Notes: generated from the sequence alone by a model not told the origin. Shown: positions 16,799 through 28,300, numbered from the stretch's first letter. The stretch is DNA of 64,000 nucleotides from Rubripirellula sp. (GCA_965216875.1 OZ244207.1:4352001-4416000), one strand, 5' to 3'. Translations and numbers: made by a program.

Positions 16799-19646
16799 TT
16801 GCTTTACGATTGTCGCCGCCCTTGCGATCACTTGCGTTGGTCTCGGTGAGCGAGCGTTTGCTGAACAGAACGCCGATGAGCTGTTTGCAGAACGAGACTT
16901 CACTCTGAAGGTCTTGCCGCTGCTGAAATCGAAATGCCTCGGCTGCCATGGCGAAGACACTGCCGACATCAAGGGCGACTATGACGTCCGCACCCGCGAT
17001 GCGTTGGTCAAAGGTGGCGAATCGGGTGATGTAGCCATCGTCCCAGGCGATCCCGATGAAAGCCCGCTGATGTGGGCGGTCAAATGGGAAGGCCTTGAAA
17101 TGCCCCCGAAAGAAAACGACCGGCTGACCGAAGAACAGATCGAGGTCCTTGCCAATTGGATCAAAGCCGGTGCCGTCTGGCCGGATGAAGCGACTCAGGA
17201 AAAGCACCGCAAGGAAGCTCGCAGCGTCGCCGTCACTGACGAAGGCATGATCGTTTCAACGAGTGGCGGAACGAGCGAAGAATGGACCTTCCGACGCTAC
17301 GCCCCCGAAGACCTGTGGGCTTTCAAGCCTGTCAAACCAGCAGGCAAACCTACAGGAAACCCCGTCGACCACTTCGTTGGAAAACAACTCGGCGATGCCA
17401 ACGTCAAACCTGCCGATCAAGCGGACCCGCATACGCTGATTCGCCGCGCAACGTTCGATTTGATTGGTCTGCCGCCGACACCAGCCGAAGTCGAAGCTTT
17501 CATCACCGCATGGAACAAAGATGCCGACGCCGCTTGGTCCGACTTGATTGATCGCCTGCTGGCCAGCCCACACTACGGCGAACGTTGGGCACAGCATTGG
17601 CTCGATGTCAGTCGTTACGCCGACACCGGCGGCATGTCGAACGATTACGAACGCTCAAACATGTGGCGTTACCGCGACTATGTCGTTCGTTCATTCAATA
17701 GCGACAAACCGTACAACGAATTCGTCGTCGAACAAATCGCCGGTGATGAGCTTGCCGACCAATCGGTGCGTGAGCGAACTGGCGGTGACATGAAAAAGGT
17801 CTACGACGCACAGCTCAAGGGCGACTACAACCAGGAAGAATCCGAGTGGATTGTGGCCACTGGCTTCCTGCGTCTCGGACCTTGGGACAACGCAATGGTT
17901 GAAAAACCAGAAGCGCGTCAAATGTATTTGGATGATGTCGTCAACATCGTTGGACAAACGTTCTTGTCGACCACCATGCGATGCGTCAAATGCCACGACC
18001 ATAAGTTCGACCCGATTCCGACTCGCGACTACTACCGCATGTACGCCGCGTTTTCGACCACGCAAATGGCTGAACGGAACGTCCCGTTCTTGGAAAGCGA
18101 GAACCTCGAAGGGATGGAAAAGGGCAAGGCTCACGTCCAACAGATGCTTGACTTTGCGGTGACCGAAAAGAACAAGCTCGTCAACAAACGCGAAACCGCA
18201 GCCAAGAAATGGTACGAAGAGCACGGGTTGCCGTACAAAGACAATAACGCTCGCCAAGGCGACCCCGATGACAAGAAACCGCCACGACATGTGGGCCTCG
18301 ACCACGTCGACGAAGGCCAGCTGAAGGTTCGCGAACAAGACGAATGGATTTGGAAGCGACGTCTCGAACGCTACCAACCGATGGCACAAAGTGTTTACAA
18401 CGCGGGGAGTGCACAACTCGCATGGAACGGCGCTCGCAAGTTGCGAATCGATGGCAAAGCCGATCGCTCGGTCAAGCCAGACTCATACATCTTGACCGGT
18501 GGCGCACTCACTGCCCAAGGCGACAAGGTCGGACCAGGTGTCCTGAGTGCAACGGGACTGAAATCGAGTGATGGCGAAGACCCTTATGTGATTTCCGATG
18601 AAGTCTCGGGCCGCCGTCTCGCTTTGGCAAAATGGATCGCGAGCCCTGACAATCCACTGGTCGCGCGGTCGATCTGCAACCGCATTTGGCAGTACCACTT
18701 TGGCCGAGGAATCGCAAAGAATGCCAACAACTTTGGTGCAAAGGGAGCCAAGCCAACCCACCCCGAGCTGCTCGACTACTTGTCGGCCGACTTTGTCGAA
18801 GGTGGCTGGAAACTGAAGCGTTTGCATCGCGTCATCATGATGTCGGACACTTATCGCCGTAGTGCCGCACACCCTGATGCCAAGGAACTTGCCAACAGCG
18901 ATCCGAATAACGACTTGTTGGCGTATTTCCCCACACGCCGTATGACGGCCGAGGACATTCGCGACGCCATGCTTTCGGTGACCGGCGAATTGAACGATGC
19001 CGTGGGCGGACTTCCGGTGATGCCCGAAATCAACATGGAAGTCGCGTTGCAACCGCGAATGATTCAGTTTTCGCTGGCGCCGGCTTACCAACCATCGCCA
19101 ACGCCTACCGAACGTAATCGCCGAACCATTTACGCATACCGCGTACGCGGCCAAGCGGATCCGTTCCTTGAGCTTTTCAACCAACCCACGCCAAACGATT
19201 CTTGTGAACTACGTGATTCGGCTGCTGTGACACCGCAAGCGTTCACGTTGATGAATAGTGACGTCGTGACGGATCGCTCGATCGCGATGGCGATGCGACT
19301 GGAAAAGGAAGCCAGCGACGTGAAAGGCCAAGTCGCCAAAGCATTTGAACTGACGCTGGGACGTACACCGAGCGATGCCGAAGCCACTCGCATGGTCAAC
19401 TACGTCAATTCCATGCGTGACTACCACGCATCGATCAACCCCGCGAAGCCTGAATACCCGACCGAAATCACGCGATCTTTGGTCGAAGAGTTTTCGGGCG
19501 AGGTGTTCGAATACCAAGAGATCTTGCCGATCTTTGCTCAATACCAACCCGACAAGAAGGCAGGCGATGTGTCTGCCCAAACGCGAGCGTTGGCCGACCT
19601 CTGCTTGCTGTTGTTTAACACCAACGAGTTCATGTACGTGAACTAG
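16785..19646 (+). CDS. Planctomycete cytochrome c / DUF1549 / DUF1553 (PSD1) protein
   Basis: Heme motifs CLGCH and CVKCH; YGERWAQHWLD, NRIWQYHFGRG, PTHPELLDYL and PQAFTLMN; C-terminal NEFMY. Confidence 0.92.
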   Translation: MVSRSCFTIVAALAITCVGLGERAFAEQNADELFAERDFTLKVLPLLKSKCLGCHGEDTADIKGDYDVRTRDALVKGGESGDVAIVPGDPDESPLMWAVKWEGLEMPPKENDRLTEEQIEVLANWIKAGAVWPDEATQEKHRKEARSVAVTDEGMIVSTSGGTSEEWTFRRYAPEDLWAFKPVKPAGKPTGNPVDHFVGKQLGDANVKPADQADPHTLIRRATFDLIGLPPTPAEVEAFITAWNKDADAAWSDLIDRLLASPHYGERWAQHWLDVSRYADTGGMSNDYERSNMWRYRDYVVRSFNSDKPYNEFVVEQIAGDELADQSVRERTGGDMKKVYDAQLKGDYNQEESEWIVATGFLRLGPWDNAMVEKPEARQMYLDDVVNIVGQTFLSTTMRCVKCHDHKFDPIPTRDYYRMYAAFSTTQMAERNVPFLESENLEGMEKGKAHVQQMLDFAVTEKNKLVNKRETAAKKWYEEHGLPYKDNNARQGDPDDKKPPRHVGLDHVDEGQLKVREQDEWIWKRRLERYQPMAQSVYNAGSAQLAWNGARKLRIDGKADRSVKPDSYILTGGALTAQGDKVGPGVLSATGLKSSDGEDPYVISDEVSGRRLALAKWIASPDNPLVARSICNRIWQYHFGRGIAKNANNFGAKGAKPTHPELLDYLSADFVEGGWKLKRLHRVIMMSDTYRRSAAHPDAKELANSDPNNDLLAYFPTRRMTAEDIRDAMLSVTGELNDAVGGLPVMPEINMEVALQPRMIQFSLAPAYQPSPTPTERNRRTIYAYRVRGQADPFLELFNQPTPNDSCELRDSAAVTPQAFTLMNSDVVTDRSIAMAMRLEKEASDVKGQVAKAFELTLGRTPSDAEATRMVNYVNSMRDYHASINPAKPEYPTEITRSLVEEFSGEVFEYQEILPIFAQYQPDKKAGDVSAQTRALADLCLLLFNTNEFMYVN

Positions 19647-19705
19647 TTGGCCCCGCCCGAAACACAGAAACCAACAAACATTCTCAAAGACGCATAGGCC
19701 AAACG

Positions 19706-21094
19706 ATGAATCATCAAATGAACGAAGCACGACGTCGCTTCCTTTACGGACTTGGCGCCTCGTTAGGATCGGTCGCCTTCTCATCGCTGCTTGCAGATGA
19801 ACTTGCCCCACTCGCGCCAAAGAAGCCCATGGGCGAGGCGAAGGCCAAGTCGGTCATCATGTTGTTCATGGAAGGTGGCCCCGGCCATATGGACACCTTT
19901 GATCCGAAACCTGAACTCACGCGGCTGCACAAAACCGAGTCCAAGTTGACCGGCACGCTCGAAAAGGGATTCAAATTCTTTGTCGGCAGCCCCTTCAAAT
20001 TCAATAAGGTTGGCGACAACGGGATCGAAATGTGCGATCAATGGAAGCACCTTTCCGATCCAGAAGTTGCCAACGAGCTTTGCAACTTCCGTGGCTGTCA
20101 GGCTGAATCACTCAATCACCCCGAAGCGTTGTTCCACATGAACACGGGCAGCCGGCTCGGTGGCGACCCAGCAATCGGTTCTTGGGCGACGTACGGACTC
20201 GGTACCGTCAATCAGAATCTGCCCGGTTACGTCGTGATGACCGAACTGGCTTACCCACAAGGCGGCGCAACGAACTGGAGCAACGGGTTCCTGCCCGCGC
20301 ACTACCAAGGAACTCGCTTGCGTCCCGAAGGATCGCCGCTGCTTGACCTCGCATCACAGTCGTTCAAATCACGCGAGCACCAACGTAAGGCGTTAGACGA
20401 ACTCGCATTCTTGAACGGCCAACACCTCGAAGCTGCACAGGGGGCAACCGACCATCTCTCGGCTCGCATGGAAAGCTATGAGCTGGCTTACCGAATGCAA
20501 TCGGAAGTTCCTGGCGTGATTGACTTGGGACAGGAGTCGCAAGAAACAAAAGACCTTTACGGCCTGGATAACCCTGACACCGAAACGTTCGGTCGCCAAT
20601 GCCTGATGGCTCGACGTTTGGTCGAGAGTGGCGTGCGGTTCGTCCAGATCTTCAGTGGTGGTTGGGACAGTCACGACTACCTTGAACGTGGCCACTCGTC
20701 GCGTATCCGCAGCGTCGACAAGCCGATGGCTGCTTTGATCAAAGACCTCAAACGCCGCGGCATGCTCGAAGACACGCTGGTCGTGTGGACGGGCGAATTT
20801 GGCCGGACGCCTGACAACAATAAGCGTGGCGGAGTCTACTCGCTCGGCCGCGGCCACAACCAAAAGGCGATGACCATGCTGATGGCTGGCGGTGGCGTCA
20901 AACCTGGTGTGGTCGGCGGCACTGACGAGATTGGGGCGTCGGCCGTCGAATGTGTCCACCCGATTCGCGACGTGCACGTCACCCTGCTGCATCTGCTTGG
21001 GTTGGACGACAACAAGTTGACTTACTTCCACGGCGGCCGCTTCAAACAGCTCAGTCAATTCGGCGGCGAAGTCATCAAGGAAATGATCGCTTGA
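19706..21094 (+). CDS. DUF1501-family Tat-exported protein
   Basis: ARRRFL Tat motif, FMEGGPGHMDTFDPKP, ARRLVESGVRFVQ, GWDSH and GEFGRTP. Confidence 0.92.
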   Translation: MNHQMNEARRRFLYGLGASLGSVAFSSLLADELAPLAPKKPMGEAKAKSVIMLFMEGGPGHMDTFDPKPELTRLHKTESKLTGTLEKGFKFFVGSPFKFNKVGDNGIEMCDQWKHLSDPEVANELCNFRGCQAESLNHPEALFHMNTGSRLGGDPAIGSWATYGLGTVNQNLPGYVVMTELAYPQGGATNWSNGFLPAHYQGTRLRPEGSPLLDLASQSFKSREHQRKALDELAFLNGQHLEAAQGATDHLSARMESYELAYRMQSEVPGVIDLGQESQETKDLYGLDNPDTETFGRQCLMARRLVESGVRFVQIFSGGWDSHDYLERGHSSRIRSVDKPMAALIKDLKRRGMLEDTLVVWTGEFGRTPDNNKRGGVYSLGRGHNQKAMTMLMAGGGVKPGVVGGTDEIGASAVECVHPIRDVHVTLLHLLGLDDNKLTYFHGGRFKQLSQFGGEVIKEMIA

Positions 21095-21128
21095 TCAAGC
21101 GATCCGGTCGCTGACCTATAATCGGGGG

Positions 21129-23171
21129 ATGCCTTCACAACGCTTCCGCCGATCTGTCATTGCGTTCATCGCCCTGATTCTCGCCTTGGGACTCGGGGCA
21201 ATTGTCGTGGCGTACAAGTCCGCGCGTGATCTGGATGCGAAACGAGACCAAGCGATCCACCAACTGCGTGCTGCTGGCGCAAGCATTGTCTTTAGTGACG
21301 ATGATCGGTCGATCGATTCGGTCACCTTTACATTCAACAAGCTTACCTTCGAAGGCCTGTTGCCCATCTTGGATGTTGGCAGCATCAAGTCACTTGATTT
21401 TGATGCAAGCCCCGCGGTCAACGACGAATTCTTGAGAATCGTTGCCCACTTAAGCGATCTCGAATCGCTCAATCTTGGCGGGACACGAGTGACCGACGTC
21501 GGACTCGCTGAACTCGCGTCGCTTAAGAAACTCCGCAAACTCTACCTCTGGCGCACCACCGTCAGCGAAGAAGGTTTGCAGTCGCTCGTTCAACTCAAGA
21601 GGCTCGAACACCTCAACGTTTGGGACACCAACACATCTGACTTTCTCTTTGACGAAGTGCTCGGCGAGCTCCCGCAACTCCGAACGGTCTATGTCGGCAA
21701 TTCGCCTGAACCCAACTCGGCCTTTCGCCAGCGAACACCTCCCTGGCACTGCACGATCACCGAGCAAGGCGTCGCATCCTTTCGCAGCCTGCACCCTGAC
21801 ATCGAGGTTGTCTATTGGCAAGAAGATGCCCGCGAGACTCCCCAGATCCCAGTTCAACAAGCAGTGCAAGACGATTATCGGGTCGCCCTTTCGAGCTCGC
21901 ACCAACCCGAGAGCATCGCGAGCGCAGATTGGCCCAATTTCCTGGGCTTGAATCGCGACGCAACCGCCGCGCAAACCGAGTTGCACACCGAATGGAACGC
22001 CATGCCTCCACAATTGGTTTGGCAACGCAACTGTGGCGAGGGGCTCTCGGCACCTTCGATCAAAGAAGGCAAGCTCGTTTTCACACACCGAATCGAGGAC
22101 AGAGAACAAGTCGTTTGCCTCGATTCACAATCGGGAAAAACCGTTTGGGTCGGCGAATCGTCAGCAACCTACGTCGACCCACTGGGCTACAGCAACGGTC
22201 CCCGCTCAACGCCAACAATCGACGAAGACTGTGTCTACGTTGTGTCCGCCGATGGTGTCCTGCGTTGCCTGGCGATGGACGACGGCAAACAGCGATGGCG
22301 ATGCGCGACAAGTTCCCGCTTTCAAGTTCCCGGCAGCATGTATGGCGTGGGGACGTCGCCAACCATTCACGATGACTTGCTGTTGATGATCGTGGGGGGC
22401 ACCCATGTCGTCGATAAGCAGAGCCAACCAGCCGGCATCGTTGCCTTCGACAAGCGAACCGGCGACGTTGTCTATAGCCTTGGCGACTACCAGGCCAGCT
22501 ATGCCTCGATCCAAATCATCGAAGACTCGGACGAGGCCTTAGGCGTTGCGTTTGTTCGTGAAGGTTTGTTGCTTTTTGATGTTCGCAGCGGCGTCGAACT
22601 GGACATGTTGCCCTGGGCCGCGCGCGTCAGCGGCTGCGTCAATGCTGCAACACCATTGATCTGCGAGAATGAATTCTTGATTAGCGAAGCGTATGGGCCG
22701 GGTAGCGCGCTGGTGCGAGTCACTCCGTCAAAACGCCTCAAAATCGTCTGGCGTGATCCCGAGCGATCACGCGAGCGTTCCATGCGATCGCACTGGGCCA
22801 CGCCGATCAAAGTGGGTGATTTCGTTTTTGGATGCAGTGGACGTCATTCGTCCGAGGGGAACCTTCGCTGCATTCGGTGGTCCACCGGTGAACTGATGTG
22901 GCGAGACAAACAGAGTTGCCTCAGTTCCCTTTGTGCGACCGACGACCACCTCATTAACCTGAGCGAAGATGGCGTGATTGAGTTGGTTCGTGCCGATCAC
23001 GAACTCTTTCAACGTCTTGCCAGCTTCCGCCCCAATCTTGCAGGCGCGGCGGCAAGTCCGGAGGATGCTTCGCTCCTGAATTACCCCGCTTGGGCCGCCC
23101 CGGTGATCGCTCATGGACGACTCATTGTTCGCGGCAAAGACCGAATCGCGTCGTTCAAGATCACCCAATGA
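21129..23171 (+). CDS. LRR plus PQQ-like beta-propeller fusion protein
   Basis: TM anchor, LRRs (LESLNLGGTRVTDVGL), then DWPNFLG, GPRSTP, YAS and WAAPVIAHGRLIVR of the BamB/PQQ-like propeller family. Confidence 0.8.
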   Translation: MPSQRFRRSVIAFIALILALGLGAIVVAYKSARDLDAKRDQAIHQLRAAGASIVFSDDDRSIDSVTFTFNKLTFEGLLPILDVGSIKSLDFDASPAVNDEFLRIVAHLSDLESLNLGGTRVTDVGLAELASLKKLRKLYLWRTTVSEEGLQSLVQLKRLEHLNVWDTNTSDFLFDEVLGELPQLRTVYVGNSPEPNSAFRQRTPPWHCTITEQGVASFRSLHPDIEVVYWQEDARETPQIPVQQAVQDDYRVALSSSHQPESIASADWPNFLGLNRDATAAQTELHTEWNAMPPQLVWQRNCGEGLSAPSIKEGKLVFTHRIEDREQVVCLDSQSGKTVWVGESSATYVDPLGYSNGPRSTPTIDEDCVYVVSADGVLRCLAMDDGKQRWRCATSSRFQVPGSMYGVGTSPTIHDDLLLMIVGGTHVVDKQSQPAGIVAFDKRTGDVVYSLGDYQASYASIQIIEDSDEALGVAFVREGLLLFDVRSGVELDMLPWAARVSGCVNAATPLICENEFLISEAYGPGSALVRVTPSKRLKIVWRDPERSRERSMRSHWATPIKVGDFVFGCSGRHSSEGNLRCIRWSTGELMWRDKQSCLSSLCATDDHLINLSEDGVIELVRADHELFQRLASFRPNLAGAAASPEDASLLNYPAWAAPVIAHGRLIVRGKDRIASFKITQ

Positions 23172-23210
23172 ACAGCATGGCAGATTACGAATTGCCAGCC
23201 GCGACGATGA

Positions 23211-23750
23211 CTACTTTGCTTTCGGGCGAAAGGCGACAAGCCGCTCAGGATCCGTTTCAAGAAACGGACCTTCGATCAGGTCGATGCAATAGGGAATCGC
23301 CGGAAAGACCGCGTCCAAGCACTCGGCAATCGCCTTCGGTTTGCCTGGCAGATTAACGATCAACGAACTGCCGCGAATCCCGGCGGTCTGGCGTGAGAGG
23401 ATCGCCGTGGCAACCTTTTGCAATGACACTTGGCGCATCAATTCGCCAAACCCGTGCATCATCTTGTCGCAAACCGCTTCGGTCGCTTCTGGCGTCACAT
23501 CACGTTTTGCCGGCCCCGTTCCTCCGGTCGTGATGACCAAACAACAACCCTCGTCATCACAAAGCGATTTCATGGTCGATTCGATCAGACTTTGATCATC
23601 GGAAATGATCTTCGAAACGGGTTCCCATGGACTCGTGAGGACCTCATCGAGGTAGTCCCGAATCGCGGGCCCACCCAGGTCTTCGTATTCGCCACGACTG
23701 GCGCGGTCCGAAACGGTCAAAACACCGATACGTGCAGTTTTTGAATTCAA
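23211..23750 (-). CDS. mog: Molybdopterin adenylyltransferase
   Basis: TVSDRAS, TTGGTGPAKRDVTPEAT, AILSRQTAG and NLPGKPKAI. Confidence 0.93.
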   Translation of the reverse strand: MNSKTARIGVLTVSDRASRGEYEDLGGPAIRDYLDEVLTSPWEPVSKIISDDQSLIESTMKSLCDDEGCCLVITTGGTGPAKRDVTPEATEAVCDKMMHGFGELMRQVSLQKVATAILSRQTAGIRGSSLIVNLPGKPKAIAECLDAVFPAIPYCIDLIEGPFLETDPERLVAFRPKAK

Positions 23751-23799
23751 AGCGATGTCCTAAAACACTCACCAACGCGAAAGCGCGGCCTTTTCATGA

Positions 23800-25209
23800 T
23801 CACTTGGCGAAGTCGGGATTCGGTTTTGGCAGTTTGGCGCTGATGCGGTCGAGTTCGGCCGACAACAACGCATCGAGCTCGGCCGCTTTGTCCGACATCT
23901 CTCGCACCAAGTTCTTTGACTCGGCAAGATCGTCTTTCAAGTTGTACAACTCGACCGGCCCCTCATACCAACGAATCAGTTTCCAGTCGCCCGAACGAAT
24001 GATCGAATAGGGACCGGGGGCGTGTCGATAGTGCGGGAAGTGCCAATAGATCGCTTCGCGTCCGAGAGGCTTCGTCCCACTCGACTTGAGGTGAGACCAT
24101 AGCGAAAGACCGTCGATCGGAACATCGGGCGCCGCCACACGGGCGGCTTCGCAAACCGTTGGCAAATAGTCGACACTTGAAATGGGCTCGCTCGATTCGA
24201 CACCTTCAGGCAACGTCCCTGGCCATGACACGATCGCCGGAACGCGGATGCCGCCTTCGTAGGCGTAACCTTTGCCACTACGCAACGGAGCGTTGTTGGT
24301 TGGACCGAGCAAACCGCCGTTGTCCGACGTAAAGATAACGAGCGTGTTGGATGCTTTGCCGGTCTCCTCGAGCGTCTTTACGATCATGCCAACCGCATCG
24401 TCGACACTTTCTACCATCGCCGCATACTTTGCGTTGTTCTTTGTCTTGCCCTCGCGTTCATATTTCGCGGCGACCTCATCGATCGCTTGGATCGGAGTGT
24501 GAACCGCATAGGGGCAGTAGTACAAGAAAAACGGCTTGTCGCTTTGATTGCGAATGAATCGACTCGCTTCGTCGCCCTCACGATGAGTCAAGAATTCGCC
24601 TTCTTTGCGCGGCTCGAGTTGACCATCAAGGCTATACCGCTTGTGAAAGTAGGGATCAAAGTAGCTTGGTGGTTGACCAATATCACACCCCGCGATGTTG
24701 ACATCGAATCCTTGCGATGTCGGATACCAGTCGGGATCGCCGAGATGCCACTTGCCAACGAAGCATGTGCTGTAGCCATTGTCACTGAGGACCTCGGCGA
24801 GTGTGACCTCCTTGTGCTCCATCCAATAGGGGTTCGGCGGGCAAAGTAGTTTGCGGTTTTTGCCACCAACGTATTCGGTCGGATTCACTTCGGGCGTGCC
24901 AATACCGCCTCGTTGAAACCGCGCTCGAATCCAATCAGTCACACCAACGCGTCCAGGCCAACGTCCCGTCATCACCGCAGCACGCGTTGGACTGCAGACC
25001 GCACAGGCCGCGTACGCGTCGGTAAAGCGAGTTCCTTTTTCAGCCAACCGATCAATGTTGGGCGTTTTGAAATAGTCGCTGCCCTGGCACGACAAGTCCA
25101 TCCATCCCATGTCGTCGACTAGGATCATCACCACGTTTGGCTTGGTGTCTGCCTTTGCAAGTTGGCAAAACACAAGCAACAACAGCAGGGAGAAACCGAT
25201 CTTGTTCAT
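23800..25209 (-). CDS. Formylglycine-dependent (S1) sulfatase, exported
   Basis: PNVVMILVDD, CSPTR, GKWHLG, SDNGG and KGYAYEGG. Confidence 0.95.
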   Translation of the reverse strand: MNKIGFSLLLLLVFCQLAKADTKPNVVMILVDDMGWMDLSCQGSDYFKTPNIDRLAEKGTRFTDAYAACAVCSPTRAAVMTGRWPGRVGVTDWIRARFQRGGIGTPEVNPTEYVGGKNRKLLCPPNPYWMEHKEVTLAEVLSDNGYSTCFVGKWHLGDPDWYPTSQGFDVNIAGCDIGQPPSYFDPYFHKRYSLDGQLEPRKEGEFLTHREGDEASRFIRNQSDKPFFLYYCPYAVHTPIQAIDEVAAKYEREGKTKNNAKYAAMVESVDDAVGMIVKTLEETGKASNTLVIFTSDNGGLLGPTNNAPLRSGKGYAYEGGIRVPAIVSWPGTLPEGVESSEPISSVDYLPTVCEAARVAAPDVPIDGLSLWSHLKSSGTKPLGREAIYWHFPHYRHAPGPYSIIRSGDWKLIRWYEGPVELYNLKDDLAESKNLVREMSDKAAELDALLSAELDRISAKLPKPNPDFAK

Positions 25210-25368
25210 CACGCTCTCGTCATAGAATTCAAGGCCTCCCCTCAATGCCGCGAGCATCGCGTGCAAAAAAGGATCGAGACAACCGAAGATTCGCGAATTC
25301 TAGCCGATCCGATTCAGAGAGGCACCGGCAGTGATACCTGACGGCCAAATGCCTCGATAAATCGAGCG

Positions 25369-28300
25369 TTAGGTTCCGAGGTGGTCTTCGATGGCACGAA
25401 CGACTTTGGAGACCGCGGATTTGAGTTGATCCATGACCGGCGGTGCTTCCGACAGGGCACCACGGCCACCGATCTGCTCGAGCGATTCGGCAACCGCAAC
25501 CACGCCAATCGCCCCCACGGACATCGACGCACCTTTGAGTGTATGGGCCGTGCGATGCAAATCATGCCCCGACTCAGACTGAATCGCTCCTTCGATCTCA
25601 CGCAGCAACTTGCTGCTCTCGCCCAGATAGATCTTTAGCAGTTCGTCCAACAGGCCTTGGTCACCACCTACGGTCACTTTGGCGTGTTCCCAATCGATCA
25701 CGTCCGCGATGTCGACACCCGCTTTGGCTTCGTCTTCTTCGTGAGCGACCAAGACGGAAAGATCGGGGCGTCCCGATGTGCTTAGCGTCCCGCGTCCCTG
25801 AAGCACCTTGGCCAGCTTTTCGCAAAGTACCGTGATGCGAATCGGCTTGGCGACATATTCGTCCATTCCGATTTCGAGGCACTTTTCGCGGTCCCCTTTC
25901 ATCGCGTGTGCGGTCATCGCGATGATCGGCACCCGCTCTCCGGTTTTCTCTTCGCGATGGCGAATCGCCTCGGTTGCAGCGAAGCCGTCCATCACTGGCA
26001 TTTGCACATCCATAAGCACAACATCAAACGGTTCACGACCGAGTGCGTCGACCGCCTGTTGGCCGTTTTCGACAACCGTCACCTCGTGACCAAAACGATC
26101 GAGCACGCCCACAGCAAGGCGTTGATTGATCACGTTGTCTTCGGCAAGCAACACCTTCAATTCGCCAATGCTGCTGACCAACTCCTCGTCATACTCAAAC
26201 GCCGTTTCGTCTTCAGGAGCTGTCACGCCCAATGTTCGCACGATGGCGTCGAACAACTCACTTTGCTTGACGGGCTTCATCAATCGTTCCGAGATGCCGA
26301 GCCGGTCTCGGATGACGCTGTCGCCGTCGCGTCCGCCGCTGGTCAAAATAATGATGGGTGTCGCAGCGATGTTCTTGTCTTCGATCACTTGCTCAACAAA
26401 GTCATACCCGCTCATCTCTGGCATGTTGACATCGCTGATCACCAGACCGAAGGGCTCGCCGTCACTCGCCGCGCCGCGCAACTCCTCGATGGCGACATCG
26501 CCGCTGGGGGCGAGGATCGGTTTCATCCCCCAGTTGCTCAACATCTCGTCCAGGATTTTGCGATTGGTTTCGTTGTCGTCAACAACCAACACTCGAGTGC
26601 CACCGACGTAGACCAGGCCTTTGTTGGACTGCTGCTCGACATCTTCGGGAGCCGAGTCGAGTGTGATTTCGAACGTGAACTTGCTGCCTTCGTTCACTTC
26701 GCTTGACACATCGATCGTCCCGCCCATCAAGCGGACCAGACGTGATGAAATGGCAAGCCCCAAACCGGTCCCGCCAAATCGACGCGTCGTTGAGGTGTCG
26801 GCCTGTTCGAACTCCTCAAAAATCGTCGCACACTTTTCTTCGGGGATTCCAATTCCGGTATCACGAACACAGAACCGCAAATGGACGTCTTTGTCGTTTG
26901 CCGCAACGCAATCCACGTCGACGACGACTTCACCCTTCTCGGTGAACTTGACTGCATTGCCGACCAAATTGACGATGATCTGCCGCAATCGTCCTGCGTC
27001 GCCGATAACGTACCGGGGCGCGTTGGGGTCGACACGAAACGCAAGTTCCAACCCTTTGGCATGCGCTTTCAATGCGAGCGTCTTCATCGTGTCGCCCAAG
27101 CTCTCACGCAAGTCGAAGATGCGTGATTCAATATCAAGCTTGCCGGCCTCGATCTTCGAAAAGTCCAAAATGTCGTTGATGACCGAAAGCAGTGACTCGC
27201 CCGACTCCTGCACCATCAGCAAAAAGTTTCGTTGATTGGCATCGAGTCGCGTGTCGAGCACCAGATCGGTCATCCCGATGATGGCGTTCATTGGCGTGCG
27301 AATCTCGTGGCTCATATTGGCTAAGAAGTCGCTTTTCGCTTGATTGGCTTTGTCCGCGATCTCTTTGGCGGAGATGATCTCCTTTTCCGATTTCTTTCGT
27401 TCAGTGATATCGTGACCAATTCCGACGACACCGATCACTTCACCGTCGCTATTGCGCAGAGGGACCTTCGTGGTCAGCAACCAAATGGGAGGACCGTCTT
27501 CGCCTTGGTGCGACTCTTCCCGATCCATCAACGGCTCGCCACTTCGCATCACGTTTTGATCGTCCGTGACGTAATTGCATGCCATTTCGGGCACGGAGAA
27601 ATCGTAGTCCGTCTTGCCGGCCATCTGAGCAGGCGAATCGAGGTTCAATCGATTCAGCAATGCTGCATTGGCTGTGATGAATCGTCCATAACGATCTTTG
27701 ACGTAGATCAAGTCGGGCACGTTGTCGATGATCGTCTTGAGCAGATCGCGTTCGCGTGCAAGTTCCTCTTCGGCACGTTTTTGCTCGGAAACGTCACGTG
27801 AAATGCCAAACGTGCCGATCAGCTTTCCGTCCTGATCTTTCAACGGCACCTTCGTCGTGCTGCACCAAGTATCTTCCTGGTCGGGATAAGTCTCGCGTTC
27901 AATCTTGGCAAGGATTGCTTCACCCGATTCCATGATCCGTCGCTCGTCGGACAACGCCGACTTGGCGTGCGCAGAACTGAAGAAATCAGCGTCGGATTTT
28001 CCAATGGCGTCGCGAGGGTCGCTCAGACCAAACTTGCGAGCACAGCTTCGGCTCAATCGAATGAACCGGCTATCGGCATCTTTGAAGTAGACCGAATCGG
28101 GTACGGTCTCCAAGAGAATCGACAACAAGAACTTTTCGAACTCAATTTGATGTTCGGCATTCTTCTTGTCGGTCACATCCCAGAATAGAACCTGGATTCC
28201 AATCACATCGCCGTGCGATCCATGTACGGGAGCCTTCCACACCTCGACATGATGCTGGCTGCCGTCGGCACTCTGGTGCCGCTCCACATCGTGATGCAAC

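Noticed and set aside
23751..23799. Moco riboswitch upstream of mog
   Set aside because: Only 49 nt of intergenic space, too short for the aptamer.
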